A DNA stretch of 64,000 bases, taken from positions 7,936,001-8,000,000 of the forward strand of contig JBITNC010000002.1 in assembly GCA_050084985.1 (NCBI GenBank). Reading direction: 5' to 3'. The notes under the pieces were generated by a model. It saw only the letters and a program-made list of their open reading frames with translations. It ran no database searches and had not been told where the DNA came from. Shown here piece after piece: positions 13,283 to 26,490 of the stretch (within the stretch, counting starts at the first letter, position 1; each line of letters opens with the position of its first letter). This DNA is from Nageia nagi (Eukaryota > Plantae > Pinophyta). Made by a program: the position numbers and the translations under genes.

Positions 13283-14414
13283 GGTTGAACAATAAACATA
13301 TGCACAAAACAAAATGATATTATATAGGATATTTTGGAGTCAACTTCCATTTTAATAAGTTTAATGGACTCTTGTCCCAAACATCTTGCATCAAGGTATA
13401 AAGAAATGTCATTTAACGACCCCAAACCAAATGATACAACATAAGGAGATGAATAATTAACAATATTGATAAACAATCAGTGGACTCAACAAATAACACA
13501 AAAAGGCTTGAAACCAAATTTCAACTTAATGTGTAAGACATGCTCTAGCTCTAGTCAACTAAGAAGAAATGATGTCTAACAATTCCAAGACCTTGCACAT
13601 ATAGAGAAATTCAAACAAGCATGTACCAAACAATGATTGATGACATATATAAACCAAGTGATAGTAGGAGTCAAGTGACTATGGTTCTTGAATTCCCAAA
13701 AAAGGTAAATGTTGTTATTAGAAACAAGATTTTAGGATCATTGTGTAGGATTTTGGAGTTACAATTATCATAAAAGAATTAACTAATGAAATGACTTAAA
13801 CCTAATAAAGATAACACAAACTTATAGTTCTTACAAGTCATGAAGAATAAAAGATGAGCCTAAGTTGAAAAGGTTCATAACAACCTTCGTTCGAACTTTG
13901 GGCCTTAATTCTTCTCTAGCAATAATGCATCGACACACAAAATAGGTGTGCCATGCAAAATTGCATGATGAATCCTCAATAGTACCATCCAAACTCAAGA
14001 TCATTTGTTAGAGGTGCCTAATTACAATATAATGAAAGTATAAAGGCAATGGTAGCAATTGTGCGCAAAATCCAAACGTAATGATAGCAATTGTATGCAA
14101 AATCCAAACTTGATAGATAATGATAAGAAACATTGGTCACAAATTGTATATCACATTTCTCTCAAAATTCAAATTGATTTTTCAACCAAGACTTTTCCTC
14201 TTTTATAAATTTGCTCCTCCTTTAGCCCAGATGCCTCAATATATACAAAAATCATCAATAATCCTTCAAATATAATAATAAATCAATTATTTTATTTAAA
14301 TACCTACAATATGAATTTTAAATAAATTAAACATTAAATTTATATGTCTACATATGATTTACTTCAAAAATTAAAATAATAAAATCCAAATCAATTTAAT
14401 AGCTAAATACCTAA
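13283..14414 (-). mobile_element. Remnant of a minus-strand Gypsy-type LTR (R/U5 and part of U3) that truncates the LINE
   Basis: LINE coding ends abruptly here. Minus-strand TATA-like TTTATAAAAG at ~14201-14210 followed by an AT-rich U3-like tract. No partner LTR or TSD was found. Confidence 0.45.
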
Positions 14415-14899
14415 TGTTACCACCCAATATTTTATCAATAAATTTTTCGACTTTTTCCTCAATTTAGGTGTTTAGAAAAAAAATTGTTTTAATTAAACAA
14501 AAACACCTAAAAATTAAATAATCCAAAATCCAAAAAATAACAAATTTGTCAAGATCACATATTTTTATCACCAAAAGAGTTTGGACCGTTGGGTAGTATC
14601 TCTTACCTTAGAGGCAAGTGCATATTCTAGACATTAACATGGAAATCGGTATTAATGAGACCGTTGAATATCATCCTCTAAGTTTGATCACAAGCATATA
14701 CCCTAAACATGAGTGGAACTATGAACTACTTAACCGTTGAATGACAAGCTTCGAAATCTCTCTTTCAAAGCCAAGTGCTCATTCTAGACACTAAAAGGTG
14801 GAATTCGATTCTCATCATGATCCAAAAATCAAAATGACCTTATTTTTCCATAACTAAACTTAAAACGATGAATTTTGACTATCTTTTATGTTCCCTTTA

Positions 14900-15890
14900 T
14901 CGCATCCACTTAGAAGTCAACCTCGAAGTGACTAGATAGTTTTCCTTGGTCGTATTTTCTTAAAGTTTCATCTCGAAGCGACTCACATGCTTCTTTGGTC
15001 GCACCCACTAGAATTGCAACCCAAAGCAACTAAAGGCTTCAATCTTATCGCACCCACTCGAGAGCCAACCTGAAGCGGCTAGTCGCACTGACTTCAAGAC
15101 CAACGCACACCACCTAAAGCCACTTTCTCATTACTCCTCCATCATTTGATCTAGGGAAACATTCACCCGATCTCTGCCATGTATCCATAAATGTCATTTT
15201 CATCTATAAATAGTTGGATCGCCCCTTCATTTTTCACTTAGCATTTCATCATTCCTTAGTCGGATATCGTAGACCTCCTAGCTAGCACAACCAAGAAATA
15301 ATGTTTATCGCATCGAGCTGACCTGTTAGCTAAAGCGACCGTCGTTGTCGCAAGGTGTAGAAGACTGAGCTAAAGCGACTAACAAGCCCCTCTTATCTTG
15401 TCCATTCCTTGCAACCTACTTAGATCCAACCACACAATCCAAGGTCCATAGGACTTAGCTGAATCATGACCCTACCTCCTTTGTTGCATCATATTGCTTC
15501 ATAACTTAACACAACTAAGTTTGGTATTTGTCACATCATGTTATCCTTAGACTTGAAGCAACCAGATGCATTGAAAACTTGTAAGAAATCCTGTTGTTGC
15601 ATGGATTTAAGTTTTATCTCATAGCTAATAAGGCATTATGTAGTCACATCTAATTGAATATCAACTAGGAGCGACCAAGCTTCTCAGTTGTCACATTACC
15701 TTGTTTTCCAAACCGTAGTGACTATAGACATGTGAAATTGCTAAGTCACTTAGTTGTTGCACCGTTTTTCACTTCAACTTGAAGCGACCAAGACATTACA
15801 TTTTTGCATTACGTTGAATTCATACCCAAAGCGACCTAGTCAAATTCTACTAGTCGCACCCACCTATGTATCTAACTCGATGCGACTAAA
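14900..15890. repeat. Degenerate ~50 bp subrepeats with inverted half-sites GTCGCA-N~20-AAGCGACT
   Basis: Copies at ~14900, 14950, 14998, 15048, 15308, 15347 and several more in 15530-15890. Confidence 0.75.
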
Positions 15891-15990
15891 GCAAAATGAG
15901 TCATTTTGAAAAATAAAATTTTGATAAAATTTTGCTCTTTCATTTTGTCTCGAAATGATGGCTAATTTGATCTTTGTCTCTTTCAGGATG
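15205..15990 (+). promoter_or_regulatory. Putative promoter and 5'-UTR intron of the accessory ORF
   Basis: TATAAATA at 15205-15212. Branch-like CTAAT at 15962, then a pyrimidine tract and TTTCAG acceptor ending at 15986, one base before the ATG. The donor site is not resolved. Confidence 0.5.
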
Positions 15991-18900
15991 AGCAAGTCAA
16001 AGAAAGACATAGGTGGCTACTCCCAGCTCACCAAAAGTAGTTTTGTTGAGCTTAAAAAGGATGAGAAACCCAAGCAGAGAGCTTGATACTATAACAAACT
16101 TGAGAATATTAGACACCCAAAGTGGAACCATACAGACCCAGTATTCATGTTAAGAGAAGCAAAGGAGGTCAAAGAAAAAGATATCCTACATTCTTTAGTA
16201 CTTTTCACGATTGCAGTACTCCTTTTTCTGTGAATTTTCTAGAATGTCCCATACATCACTAAACACACTAACTCTGCAAACCGAGTGGTTAATGATGCAA
16301 ATAGAAACATGATTATAGGTTTGACCAAGGAGGGTATCAAGAAAGCTATGGGCTGGTCAAACAAGGATATCATTTTCACACAAAAAGATGTTGATTAAAA
16401 GTATGAGGAATACAATAATAGACATAGGCCAAGTGACTTCATCAGGTCTTTATTGAAGCCAAAGAACCATGGCCTAGCCCATAAAGCCATCATGAAGACT
16501 CAAAGATGTTTGTTCCATGACAACACAAACAAAGCCATTAGCTTTCTGTGTAGGATTTTGGGAAAATCAACTGATATTTGTTTTGAGATGGATTTGTTCG
16601 ATTTCCTATACAAAGTCAACAAAGGAGAAAGCATTTGTTGGAGCCAGGTTATCAACGATTAATTGATATTTTCGCTATTGAAAGGGAAGAACTAGCCTCA
16701 AGCCCATGGTATCAAGAAGGTTATATTCAATCAAAAAGTTGCTATCTACATGGGCTACCCCAAATTTCATAAGGTCGAGGAGTGGAGTTACATCCAAATG
16801 AGGACTGATGAATGGGAGTATGCGATAATCAAAGAGATGAAAGGGGCACAACATGTCCCTAGGATTTCCATTGAAGCTTTTGATTTTTTGAAGAGGTTTA
16901 CTAATTTCTATTTGAGGAATTTGATAACTCTTACAATAGAGTATTTGGCGCAGATGTGGCTCCCCTCAAATTGCCACGTTATCTCAATGATAGAATGGTG
17001 TTTCTAGAGTTTGTCAAGCAAGTCTTCTATTTCCATGAAAACTTTGCCAAGGAAAAGAAAGAGGCACCCATCAAGATGCCTATCACCCTATCTTGGTATT
17101 GTTGCAACAATTGGTTGCAAGCTAATACAATTAAATGTGAAATTGAAGGGTATGGTATTGATAAGCATGTATTGAAAACAAATTATGATCCAATTGGAGT
17201 CGTTGATAGGTTTTGTCAAAAATTTCATACGAATTACAAACATCACTCTCTCAGCCACTTTGAAAAGTATAGAAATGTATGCTCAGAGCTGGAAATCCAA
17301 AGAATCTCATAACAATTGGCCCAAGAAGAAAGGAAGAAAAAGGAAGGAAAATCAAGAGGTGGAAGCCATAGGAGTTGTCCATAATAGTCTGAAGCTCAAC
17401 AAATAGTTGACTAGGATATTGCCAAAGATACTAATTTCAATCAATTCGACTCAATGCAAGGGGTTGATGTGTTAAACACAATTAATGGACCTACTTCTGA
17501 GGCTGTACATCCCAAGTCTCATTTTGAAAGCAGAGAAAGTAGTTATGTCGTTGCCCCTAGTGGAAACCCTTCTTCTAGTCGCAGTTCTTCAAGGAGTTCA
17601 AACGATTTCGATGATGATAATCGGTCTAAATCAAGTAGAAGCGATACAAGGTCTAGGAGTCGCAAAGTCCAAAGAGAAGAGGAGCAATCTGATGGAGGGA
17701 ATGAGAGACAAGCTTAAGAAATTTTTTCAGGAATATCAAGATCCTAGCTTGGAGACAAACACCCACACAGAGGGAGAAAATGATTATGTGAACATCATAG
17801 ACTCTGAAGAAGGAGAAATTAAGGAAAATGCACCTATTCCCCATGGGGGTTCTTCTGGTTTAGATTTAATTGCTACTTATTCTTCCTCTGCCCCAGAAGT
17901 GTCACATCAAGATAAAATGATTTCAGATATTTCGACACAACAGGCCATGAAGGGTTCTACACAAACTACGGAGCGCTCGACTACAAGGTCTGAGGCAAAG
18001 AAAGATTCCACTCCCCATTAAAGCTTTGTTTCACAGAAATCTTCATCTAAACAATCATGCAGAGAAGTCAGAGAAGATGGTGATGATGGGGTTAATGATG
18101 GCGACGATGATGAGGAGGAGAATGATAAGAGAATAAAGAAAAGGAAGCAAGATGAGCACGATAAACAAATTTCCACTACCGATGATAATGCTACTCTCGA
18201 CCATCTTAACTAAGAAAATATTTTGAAGAATATAGACATTGATGCATATTTAAAGAGGCTTGAAGAAATTAGCAACAGAAACGAAGGAGAAGAATAAGCC
18301 ATAGGCAAAGAAGCTGCTCCAATTCCACAAAGTTCGTCGACTATTGTAGAATTTGGGAAAGAGACTCTACGTGTTAACAAACTTTCAACCAATGTCAAAA
18401 AGCCTAAATATAAAAGACAAATAAACGTTAACACCATGGAGTACAACATTGGGCCTCTTGGAATAGAGTCAAATGAATATATCATTGATCAGGGTACCAA
18501 GAACATAACGAAGTTAGTTCAAGAGAAAGAATCAGAGGTTAAATAAACTTAAGAGTGAAATGAGGAAAATGAAGAAACCTTCTAAGGAGTTTGATGAAAT
18601 GGGGGTTGATAAGAAAGAATTAAAATATAAATATAAAAAGGGTTGCAAATTTGAGAAAAGGATTGAAAAATTAATCAATAAAGCAACCAGAATCTTTCCA
18701 ATGCATATCACGACCTCATCTACCTTGATAATATCAATTTTCAATTGTATGATGTTAAGGCTGACATTAATAAATATGCAAATCAATGGTTAGCAGAAGT
18801 TCAAAATGTTGCAAGGATTGAACGGGAAGTTATCAATGATGAAGAATTATTGAATTTCAACAAAGAATTTTCGTTCTTTTTTTATTGGTTATCAAATGCA

Positions 18901-19290
18901 AAACTCAGGTGCAAGGCATCTAAAGAAGTTGACAAGGTGTACCAAGAGGATAGGGATATTATTGATTTGATTGACATCCCAACCCTGGATGACTACAACC
19001 AATGCAGAAGTGATGATGAAGTTAAAGCAAGCTTGATAGAACTTTTAGAGAAAAAATTAAAATCAAAGGTTTTTGAGGAAATTCTTGGAGCATACGAGCA
19101 CTACCTATCTTAGATCCCCAAGTTAAAATTGCACATCAACAAATCATGAAATAGGCAACAGGGCTAGCTATCTATCAATACCAAGGGTTAATGGAAGGAG
19201 GTGACAGTCTAAAACTTCTCGAGAGGAGAGATCAAGGTAAAGGTCGCAAAAATGATAGCCCAATTTCCTCCCTCATCAATATTAAATTGA
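15988..19290 (+). pseudogene. Decayed ~1,100-codon accessory ORF inside the solo LTR (globular N-terminus, S/R/D-rich linker, coiled-coil-like C-terminus)
   Basis: A chain of overlapping ORF fragments (16453, 16750, 16956, 17454, 17485, 18745) runs from ATG 15988 to ...AQFPPSSILN* at 19290. It is collinear with the ORF at 22135-25320. Confidence 0.8.
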
Positions 19291-22134
19291 ATATTAGTTA
19301 TTGTTTATGTTCTCAGTGGCATTGTAATGGAATTAAGGGTGTTAGAAAATTTTTATCCCCTTAATTTCCAAAGTTAGTCAAATTTTTGTCGTAGTTTCCA
19401 AACTATCTCTTTTTGAATTGGCTAGTTATCAAACTTAGCCAAATTTTGGTGGTTTTGTAATTAGGCTTTTTCTTAATTAGGTTTTTAAAATTAGGGTTTC
19501 TCAAGGAAGTTAGGGTTTTGTTTCAAACCTAACTACTTCTAGACATTATTTAAAAGCAAAGGAGCCTCATTTGTAACTCTCTCTCTAGCACTCAAATTTT
19601 GAAAGTTACACTTTGAAGCTTATGTAATACAAGATAGTATTTTTTGCATCTTACTTATGAATGTTTGTTTCTTTTATACTTATTTAAGTTATGAGATGAA
19701 TTTCAAGTCTACGCAATAATTCATTTCTTATACTTAGATCATTTTGCAAACTTAAAAAGCAATTAGCATTGGAGTTAGTAAAAGAATTATGACATATTAT
19801 ACAAGTTACGATGTATGATATTTCATAAAAGAAACTAATTCCTTGTGAATAAGAGTAAAAAAGACTAAGTGCGAGATAATCTACTTTGAGTTTATCACTT
19901 CTTACTTATAACTTGATTAATTTCAGCAAGAATTCTTCAACTTAGTTAAAATGGTTAAGTGATTATTTACTTTTCTAGAATTAATGGAATGATCAAAAGT
20001 TGTCATGGAAATAAACTAAATCTTTTCACATTTAGAGAAAAATATTAAAAAATACAAAAATATCCATTTAATAAGTGAAAAGATACTTGTGTGAAAAATA
20101 TTACTATCTTCTTTATAACTTAGATAGCTCAAGTAAATTTGATACAACCATGTTACAAACATTAAGTAATTGCATATTTTTCTAAAAATAATGGAGCAAG
20201 TATTTAATTTAAGTATGGGAAAGATTGTGAGAAAAATAACATAAATCTTAACACAACCCATAATCACTAAGTAAACATATCGAAAGCCACCTTGTTAAAA
20301 GGAGGATCTTAGATCCCTACTTTCCCCTTTCTCTCCTAACAAGAAAAAGTTATTAACACCTAACTTTAATTTTTTCAAATATATATGAATCTATGAAAAT
20401 TAGAGATTGGGAAAAATTTATATTGATAAAAATCTGAATGATAAAGAATCATAGTCAATAGTACACGAAGCTTCAAACCTAATAGTACTTTATGATTAAT
20501 GTTAGTCTTTTGAGACATCACATATGATGTTGTTGAAGTATAAATATGATATAATGAAATATGATGATGATATAATGAAATATAAGGTTCAATCTTTTGT
20601 ACTAATAATTATGAAGTATGGAGGTTAGGTGAATACATAAATATAAGACAATACAAATCCATAAGAGTAATTCATGCACAAAGCCTAAACCTTAAAACAT
20701 GAAAATGTATCTTAATTAGCAATCGCTTGATAACATCAAGCATGATGTATACCTTTTCACATGATGGAGGTAAATATTTGCAAATTGTGGCATAATTTAG
20801 AAAAATGTAAAATAAGTAAACTTGTATTAAGGATGGGATTAGGTAAAAAGATATGCTAAAATTATCTTCCATTCACAATAGAGAAGCGTTTTACCAAAGG
20901 TTTGTCATCAATCATTTTCTAGTTGTATTTTTTCCTATCAGTAAAGATATGTATTGCAAGAATTAATTACTAGGGGTACACTGCAAAGCATTTGAATTAA
21001 TAATAAACATCAAAGCATAGAAGAAAAATGAACAGACAAGCTTTATGTTTGAAAACTTCTCCGCAACATCTGCATCAAACAATGTGTTGGGGGCTTTTTC
21101 TTTCCTACTCTATCATAGGCAAATTGACTTGCAAGGCTTCTAAAAGACACCAACACCTAGGTGTAAGGGCGTTACCCCTACCCGCTATGAGGATTGGTTA
21201 CCTCAAAGTTCTCGTGAAATGGATCTGCAAGAATAAACTCACAAGACTGACTAGGATGTTTAAAGTTGTTTCCAACTCAAATTCAAATGAAATTTGTTAA
21301 TCAAGGACTTAGAGTGTCCTTGTTTCCAGAAAATGGTTGTTTCTCAAACTAACAAAATAAAAGAGAGGTTGCAAAAGCCACAGAAAAAAATGAAAAATAA
21401 AAAAAATGGGTGTATACTAGACAGTGGTACATGCGTTGAGCATAAGTGCATATGGTCTCACTGACTAATGCAAGGATTGGGATCTACTTCTCTCAAGCTT
21501 GTTGTAAGCTCCACGCAATTTGTATCCTCTTCACTAGCCAACAACACGAATGGACTAGTGCGAGAAGCGTGAAGTGAAGGCAATGATGGTAAGAGGTAGG
21601 TCGTGGGTAGGTCTTTAATGGTGAAGTTCTTATCCTAAGCGATATTCAACAATTCTCTCATCCACCCCAACACAAGGTTTATGAAATGAACCAAGCAAAC
21701 TTGAGTTAAACAAGATAGCAGTATCATTCATTCATTCAAGACACACAACAAAGCATTCATAACATGTTCATAGTTCCAAAAATGAGAGTATTCACCATTC
21801 AATTACTTGAGATAATACCACATTCACAAATGGAGTATCTTGTTTATTTGGAAGTATTAGTTAAGTTTTCTCTCAAGTGCAAAAATGTCTAATCCCCTAC
21901 AAATGAGCCCAAATGGGCTATAAATAGTTTTGTGGCAACCCTAAGTGTTGCCCTAACCCTAATTGCATCTTTCAAGAAAACAAAGAGTGGTACCATAACA
22001 AATTGCCACATGGCATTACAAGATCCCTTCCAAACTTGTGGGAGCAAATCTTCATCAGTCAAAAGTTTGGGGATAAAATAATAAGTCTTTGCAAAAAATA
22101 AAATATTTTGAAGAAAATAAAATGAAATAAAAAA

Positions 22135-25100
22135 AGTATGAGGATGGTGGCCCTAAGGCCGCAACTCTGTCCTCGAAGTGCTCATCCAAGAATTTGGTTG
22201 TGAACTCCAAACCGCGAACCATCTCAAAGGTCTTCCCAAGGTTCTTCACCATGTGGCCTTCAACCTTGTTGATGATCTTATGCATCTCCATCTTCCAAGC
22301 ATGAGCCTTCTACATATGCCTAACATGGCTCCCAGTTTGATATGCATTGATGTCCTCAGTCATCAACAAGCTCTGGAATAGATGTCCCACCTCAGCAACT
22401 ACCAGGGATGAATCTTTGATGGTGGTGTCTTCCTCGAGGAACTTGACTTCATATTACACCTACTCCAACCTTGAGTTTGCTTTATCATTCATCTTCATGA
22501 CCTCCTTACTCACCTCCTGAAAGCGAGTACCCATCTACTGCACCATCCCCGAAGAAAACCAATAGTCATCACAAAAGCTAGCATCCTTCGATCTCTAATC
22601 CTGAGTCATCTAAAAGTTCTCAATGATTGGTCTCCGAGACTCTAACCTCCTGAGGAAATCAACCTTGTCCATCACAATGTCCTTTAGCTTTTATTCTTGA
22701 AAGGAGATCTTTTGCAAGGCATCCACGAACTATGCCACCACTGTTAATATGTCTTAAATCAACTCTTATTTAACAACCACCAATCCCTCCTTCAACAGTT
22801 TCAACTTCTTGAGCTCTTCGAGGTACCTTCAAGGATTCTATTTCTCTTATCAATCTCCTATGGCTGGCTAATTCTTCCTTCAAGCTCTTGATCTCTCTCT
22901 TTTTCTAGTCTGTCCTTGGTGATTGCATCTATGTTGGCTATGATCGTGTGCTTCCTACCCACAATTCCAAGAGGGCCTGTATTGATGATTTGATTTATTT
23001 GTTTGAGATCCCTAGGCCTTTATGGGTTAGCCTTATTCGTGTACATTATCTTGATGTGGACTATGTCATTGGTCATGTGTACATAGGTTTGGCTCTTTTC
23101 AGACAAGTGGAGCTCTCTCCAACTTGATCATTAGTCCCATCACCTCCAAACTCCTCTCTAACATCTATATTGAAAACGTTAAGGCACTCGTCTATATCTA
23201 CACCCCACTCATCATTTGGTGGTTGCTGGTGGGTCTCAATGATTGGCTCATGGTTAATCGTGATACTCTTCTTTTGCATTTTTGATGGCCTTGCCTCTTT
23301 ATTAACATTCTCTTCAAGTGCCTCTGATGACCATGATTGGGGTGTTCTCTACAACTCCACTCTCCTGAGAACTGATTCAGAAGTTGGACTCTTCCCTTTC
23401 CTACAAGAGGTGGAAGGTTTTGAAGAAACGAAATTTTGAACTACCTCCAAAATCCAAAGACTCCTGAGCATCTGAAATCTGAATAGGTTGAGTTGGGTTC
23501 TCTTCTCGTTCATCGTCCTCTCCTCGTTCATCTCCTTGACTATCGTTTAGCTCATACATCAAGCTAGAAGATGGAGACCCAAATGGTGGAATAACTGCAT
23601 ATGGGCGTTGGGTTGGCTCCCTAGGTGGTCTTTGTGGAGGGGATGGATTCTTCTGTCTGTTTCTCATGCACCTCACCACCTTGTTTGCCACCACATCTTC
23701 CAACTCTCTCACATCATGCTCATCCATAGTCTCCCTTATTCAACCACTATCTCAATTGGATTCCTCCCATGCATTGAAGCATATTGACCAACAAGTTCTT
23801 CAATTGTCAAAGGGTATTGTGTAACTCTGGATGTGGACTCTTCTTGTGACAACCTCTTGTCAATAGTGGCTTCTACCATCTCTTGCTACTTCTGAGCCTC
23901 CTCTTGCAATCTAGCATGAATCTTTTTCATCTCCACCTCACTACTCGTGTTCTTGAACAGCTCCTCATCTCCAAGTGGCTTATGCTCATAAGCCTTTTTG
24001 TGTTCTTTCATGTAGAAGCTATGGATTTTATCCTCCAACTCATAGTGGTTTGCAACGATCATCTTCTTGAAGTGGAATCTCTCCAACTCCTCTTTCATTG
24101 AATCCACATCTACCCAAGTACTACATTGATACTCTCCCACTATGATCGGCAAGTTAGAAGTGGTCAATTTCTTGTGCCACATGCTCATGCAAGTAGGCCA
24201 ACTGCCTCATCATCTCCATCAAGACCAGTCTGTTACTGACATACCTAGGCATTTAGTCCAGCTCCACAACTAATTCGTAAATTCTGATATAGGAATAGCA
24301 TTGGTGATGGATGAATAAATCTCCATGTTTCTTCAGTGCATCCTGTGCTAAGTTTGAGATCCTGGTCATCGTGACTTCACCTTTCAAGTCCTTATAAATC
24401 TCATACTCCCATCCATCATTTCTCATGAAGAAACTATCCCATCTTCTCTCGATCTTCCACTTGGGGTAGCACTTCCATGTGGCATATGTTCCCTTTTCAA
24501 TCCATGCTACCTCTCCTTGAGTCATGGGTCTATACTTGCCATAAAGCAACAAGTATACGAAGTATGAGTTGAGATAAAACTTCCGAGAAGTGCCCATTGA
24601 TGATAGTTGCTCTGCAAGAGTGTCACTCAATACCTTAATCCATCTAATCTTCTTACCCTTTCCCATCTCAACGATGAAGCCAAAAAACTCCTTCCTAAAC
24701 TTGGTTCCATCTTCTTTCCCTAGGAACTTGGACAACATCAAGATCATCAACTCTACGGAGAGGTAGAAGTTGTTGCGAGGGGCATTGATAAGAGTGTTTC
24801 CATTAAGGCCATGATGCTCTTCAAGCATCCAATCTCTAATGGTGAAGGCTGCCCTATTGGTGTCCTGGTAGAGGGCTAATAACTTTGCCTCACTGTATTC
24901 AACGTTCCCCTCTGCTGACCGCTGAAATGCCTTCTTGATAGCTTCAAGGCTAAAGTCCATGATAGCATCCCCCTTGTCCCTGAGCACTCTTTCACCCTTC
25001 TTTCAGTGTCGGCTCACCTTCATGCATAACTCTAGGAAAGGGGCTGCAAATGGGATGACGATGGCGATGGAGGAACCTGAGAAGAACACAACATCCTTTT

Positions 25101-25320
25101 TCAATATGTTGATCTCTATGTTGCGGATCTTCTCCCTCATCTGCATTAGGTCGACCGTTTACCAATCTATATCCCCAATGGTGGCAAATCCATGCTTTGA
25201 AAATCTAGCCCCTTGTGGTAAAGGTTCTTGCCTCTCACATATTGAGAGGATACAATCTTGTCTCAACATCTCTAGCTCCTTTGCACTCTCTCTGGCCGCA
25301 CTACTCTTCGAGCTAGTCAT
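22135..25320 (-). pseudogene. Decayed ~1,050-codon accessory ORF homologous to 15988-19290
   Basis: ATG at 25320. ORF fragments 24253..24987, 23886..24188, 23401..23727, 23073..23279 and 22055..22291 form one collinear reading frame ending ...AALGPPSS. Confidence 0.8.
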
Positions 25321-25699
25321 CTTGGTCGAGTGGGTGATGGGTGTCTCTGAAGGTGATGCGCGAGCCTACTTGGGGTGAGACTTCTCCAACGTTTCCCTAG
25401 CCATGCTTGCAAATGCCCCACATGTGCTTGGAAAGGTGATGGTGCAAATTTAGGGCTGCAATTTTGCTCTTCTTCCTCACTTGTGTGCAAAAATGAAAAG
25501 TGATATGAATTTGAGAAAAATAAGGGCTCCACCTTGTATGTATACAAATATTTCGATTTTTGCAAAACCTAATCAACCACCTTTATGAGAAACTCATTTC
25601 CAACCATCCACCTAACTGACCTAGGGATTTGTGTCAGACTCCAAAATCGATGCATTGTTGCCAAAAACTAGATGTGGGGTGAGAGCGGCTTCAAGGTGG

Positions 25700-26490
25700 G
25701 TGGATGCCCAAAAAAGACAAAATTTTGCCTTTTTGGATCACGTGCTCAACTTGGAAGTGCATGGCCTTTGGATGTTTGACATCCTGGCTCTCCCACTCAT
25801 TTGTCTTGATCTCATGTTCATGTTTTGACCTCGATTTGTCCCAAATTTGTCTTTCCCAAGGTCCAAACTTGGCAAATTTCATCTTTCAGCACATCCAAGA
25901 CACCTCTCAAGCCAAGCACATGTTTCAAAAAGATAACATTTTGTATTTTAGAAATATGTGCCCAACTCTCCAATCATGCCAGTTTGAGCGCATGTCCCAA
26001 AAAGACAAGATTGTTTTTTTAGATTTGTGTTGGGTTGCACTTGCCCAGTTTGGTTTGTTTTGAGCTTTTTGTTGCACATACCACATGAAGTCAAGATTTT
26101 GTCTTTTCAAACCATGTGCCTGCCCTTTTGATCATGCAAGAGTTGGATGCTAGCTTTGGACTTCCATGCCTTAGCCAAATTTTCGATCGAGATCAAATTG
26201 GACATCCCCCTACCTTGTGCGCATGCTCCCAAAAGACAAGATTTTGTCTTTTTGAGAGATGCGCTCATCACTTGAGTGTCTCATCTTTGCTTTTTTGCCT
26301 TCAGGTTCATCCTGGACAGCCTTCTAACTTGAGCACATGCCCCCAAAAGCCAAGATTTTGTCTTTTTGAAGGGTGCGCTTGGCTTGAAGATGCCCCAACT
26401 TGTCTTTCTCATCCTCCGTTCCAACCTGGCCAACTCCTAAGTCCAAGCGCACATCCTAGAAAGATAAAAATTTGTCTTTTTGAGGCATGG
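25700..26490. repeat. Array of palindromic motifs, consensus AAAAGACAA-N4-TTGTCTTTT
   Basis: About 7-8 copies (~25710, 25926, 25999, 26088, 26231, 26345, 26460) spaced roughly 70-140 bp apart where consecutive copies are recognisable. Confidence 0.85.

Larger units (their letters stand above)
14415..20358 (+). mobile_element. 5.9 kb solo-LTR-like element carrying an internal gene
   Basis: Termini TGTTA...TAACA with a perfect 5-bp TSD CCTAA (14410-14414, 20359-20363). No long internal direct repeats, PBS or gag/pol. LTR-promoter-like TATTTAAA...CCTCATTTGTA at 19547-19575. Confidence 0.8.

Noticed and set aside
19328-19367. AAGGG-TGTTAG resembling a PPT plus the start of a 3' LTR inside the 14415-20358 unit
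   Set aside because: The downstream sequence does not match 14415 onward. It is one arm of a local hairpin (AATTAAGGG...CCCTTAATT).
13267-20377. Apparent terminal inverted repeat (AAATTTAGGTGT / ACACCTAACTTT) suggesting one 7.1 kb element
   Set aside because: The left sequence is LINE coding (TPKFSVIVNG on the minus strand), and the CCTAA TSD defines a better unit at 14415-20358.
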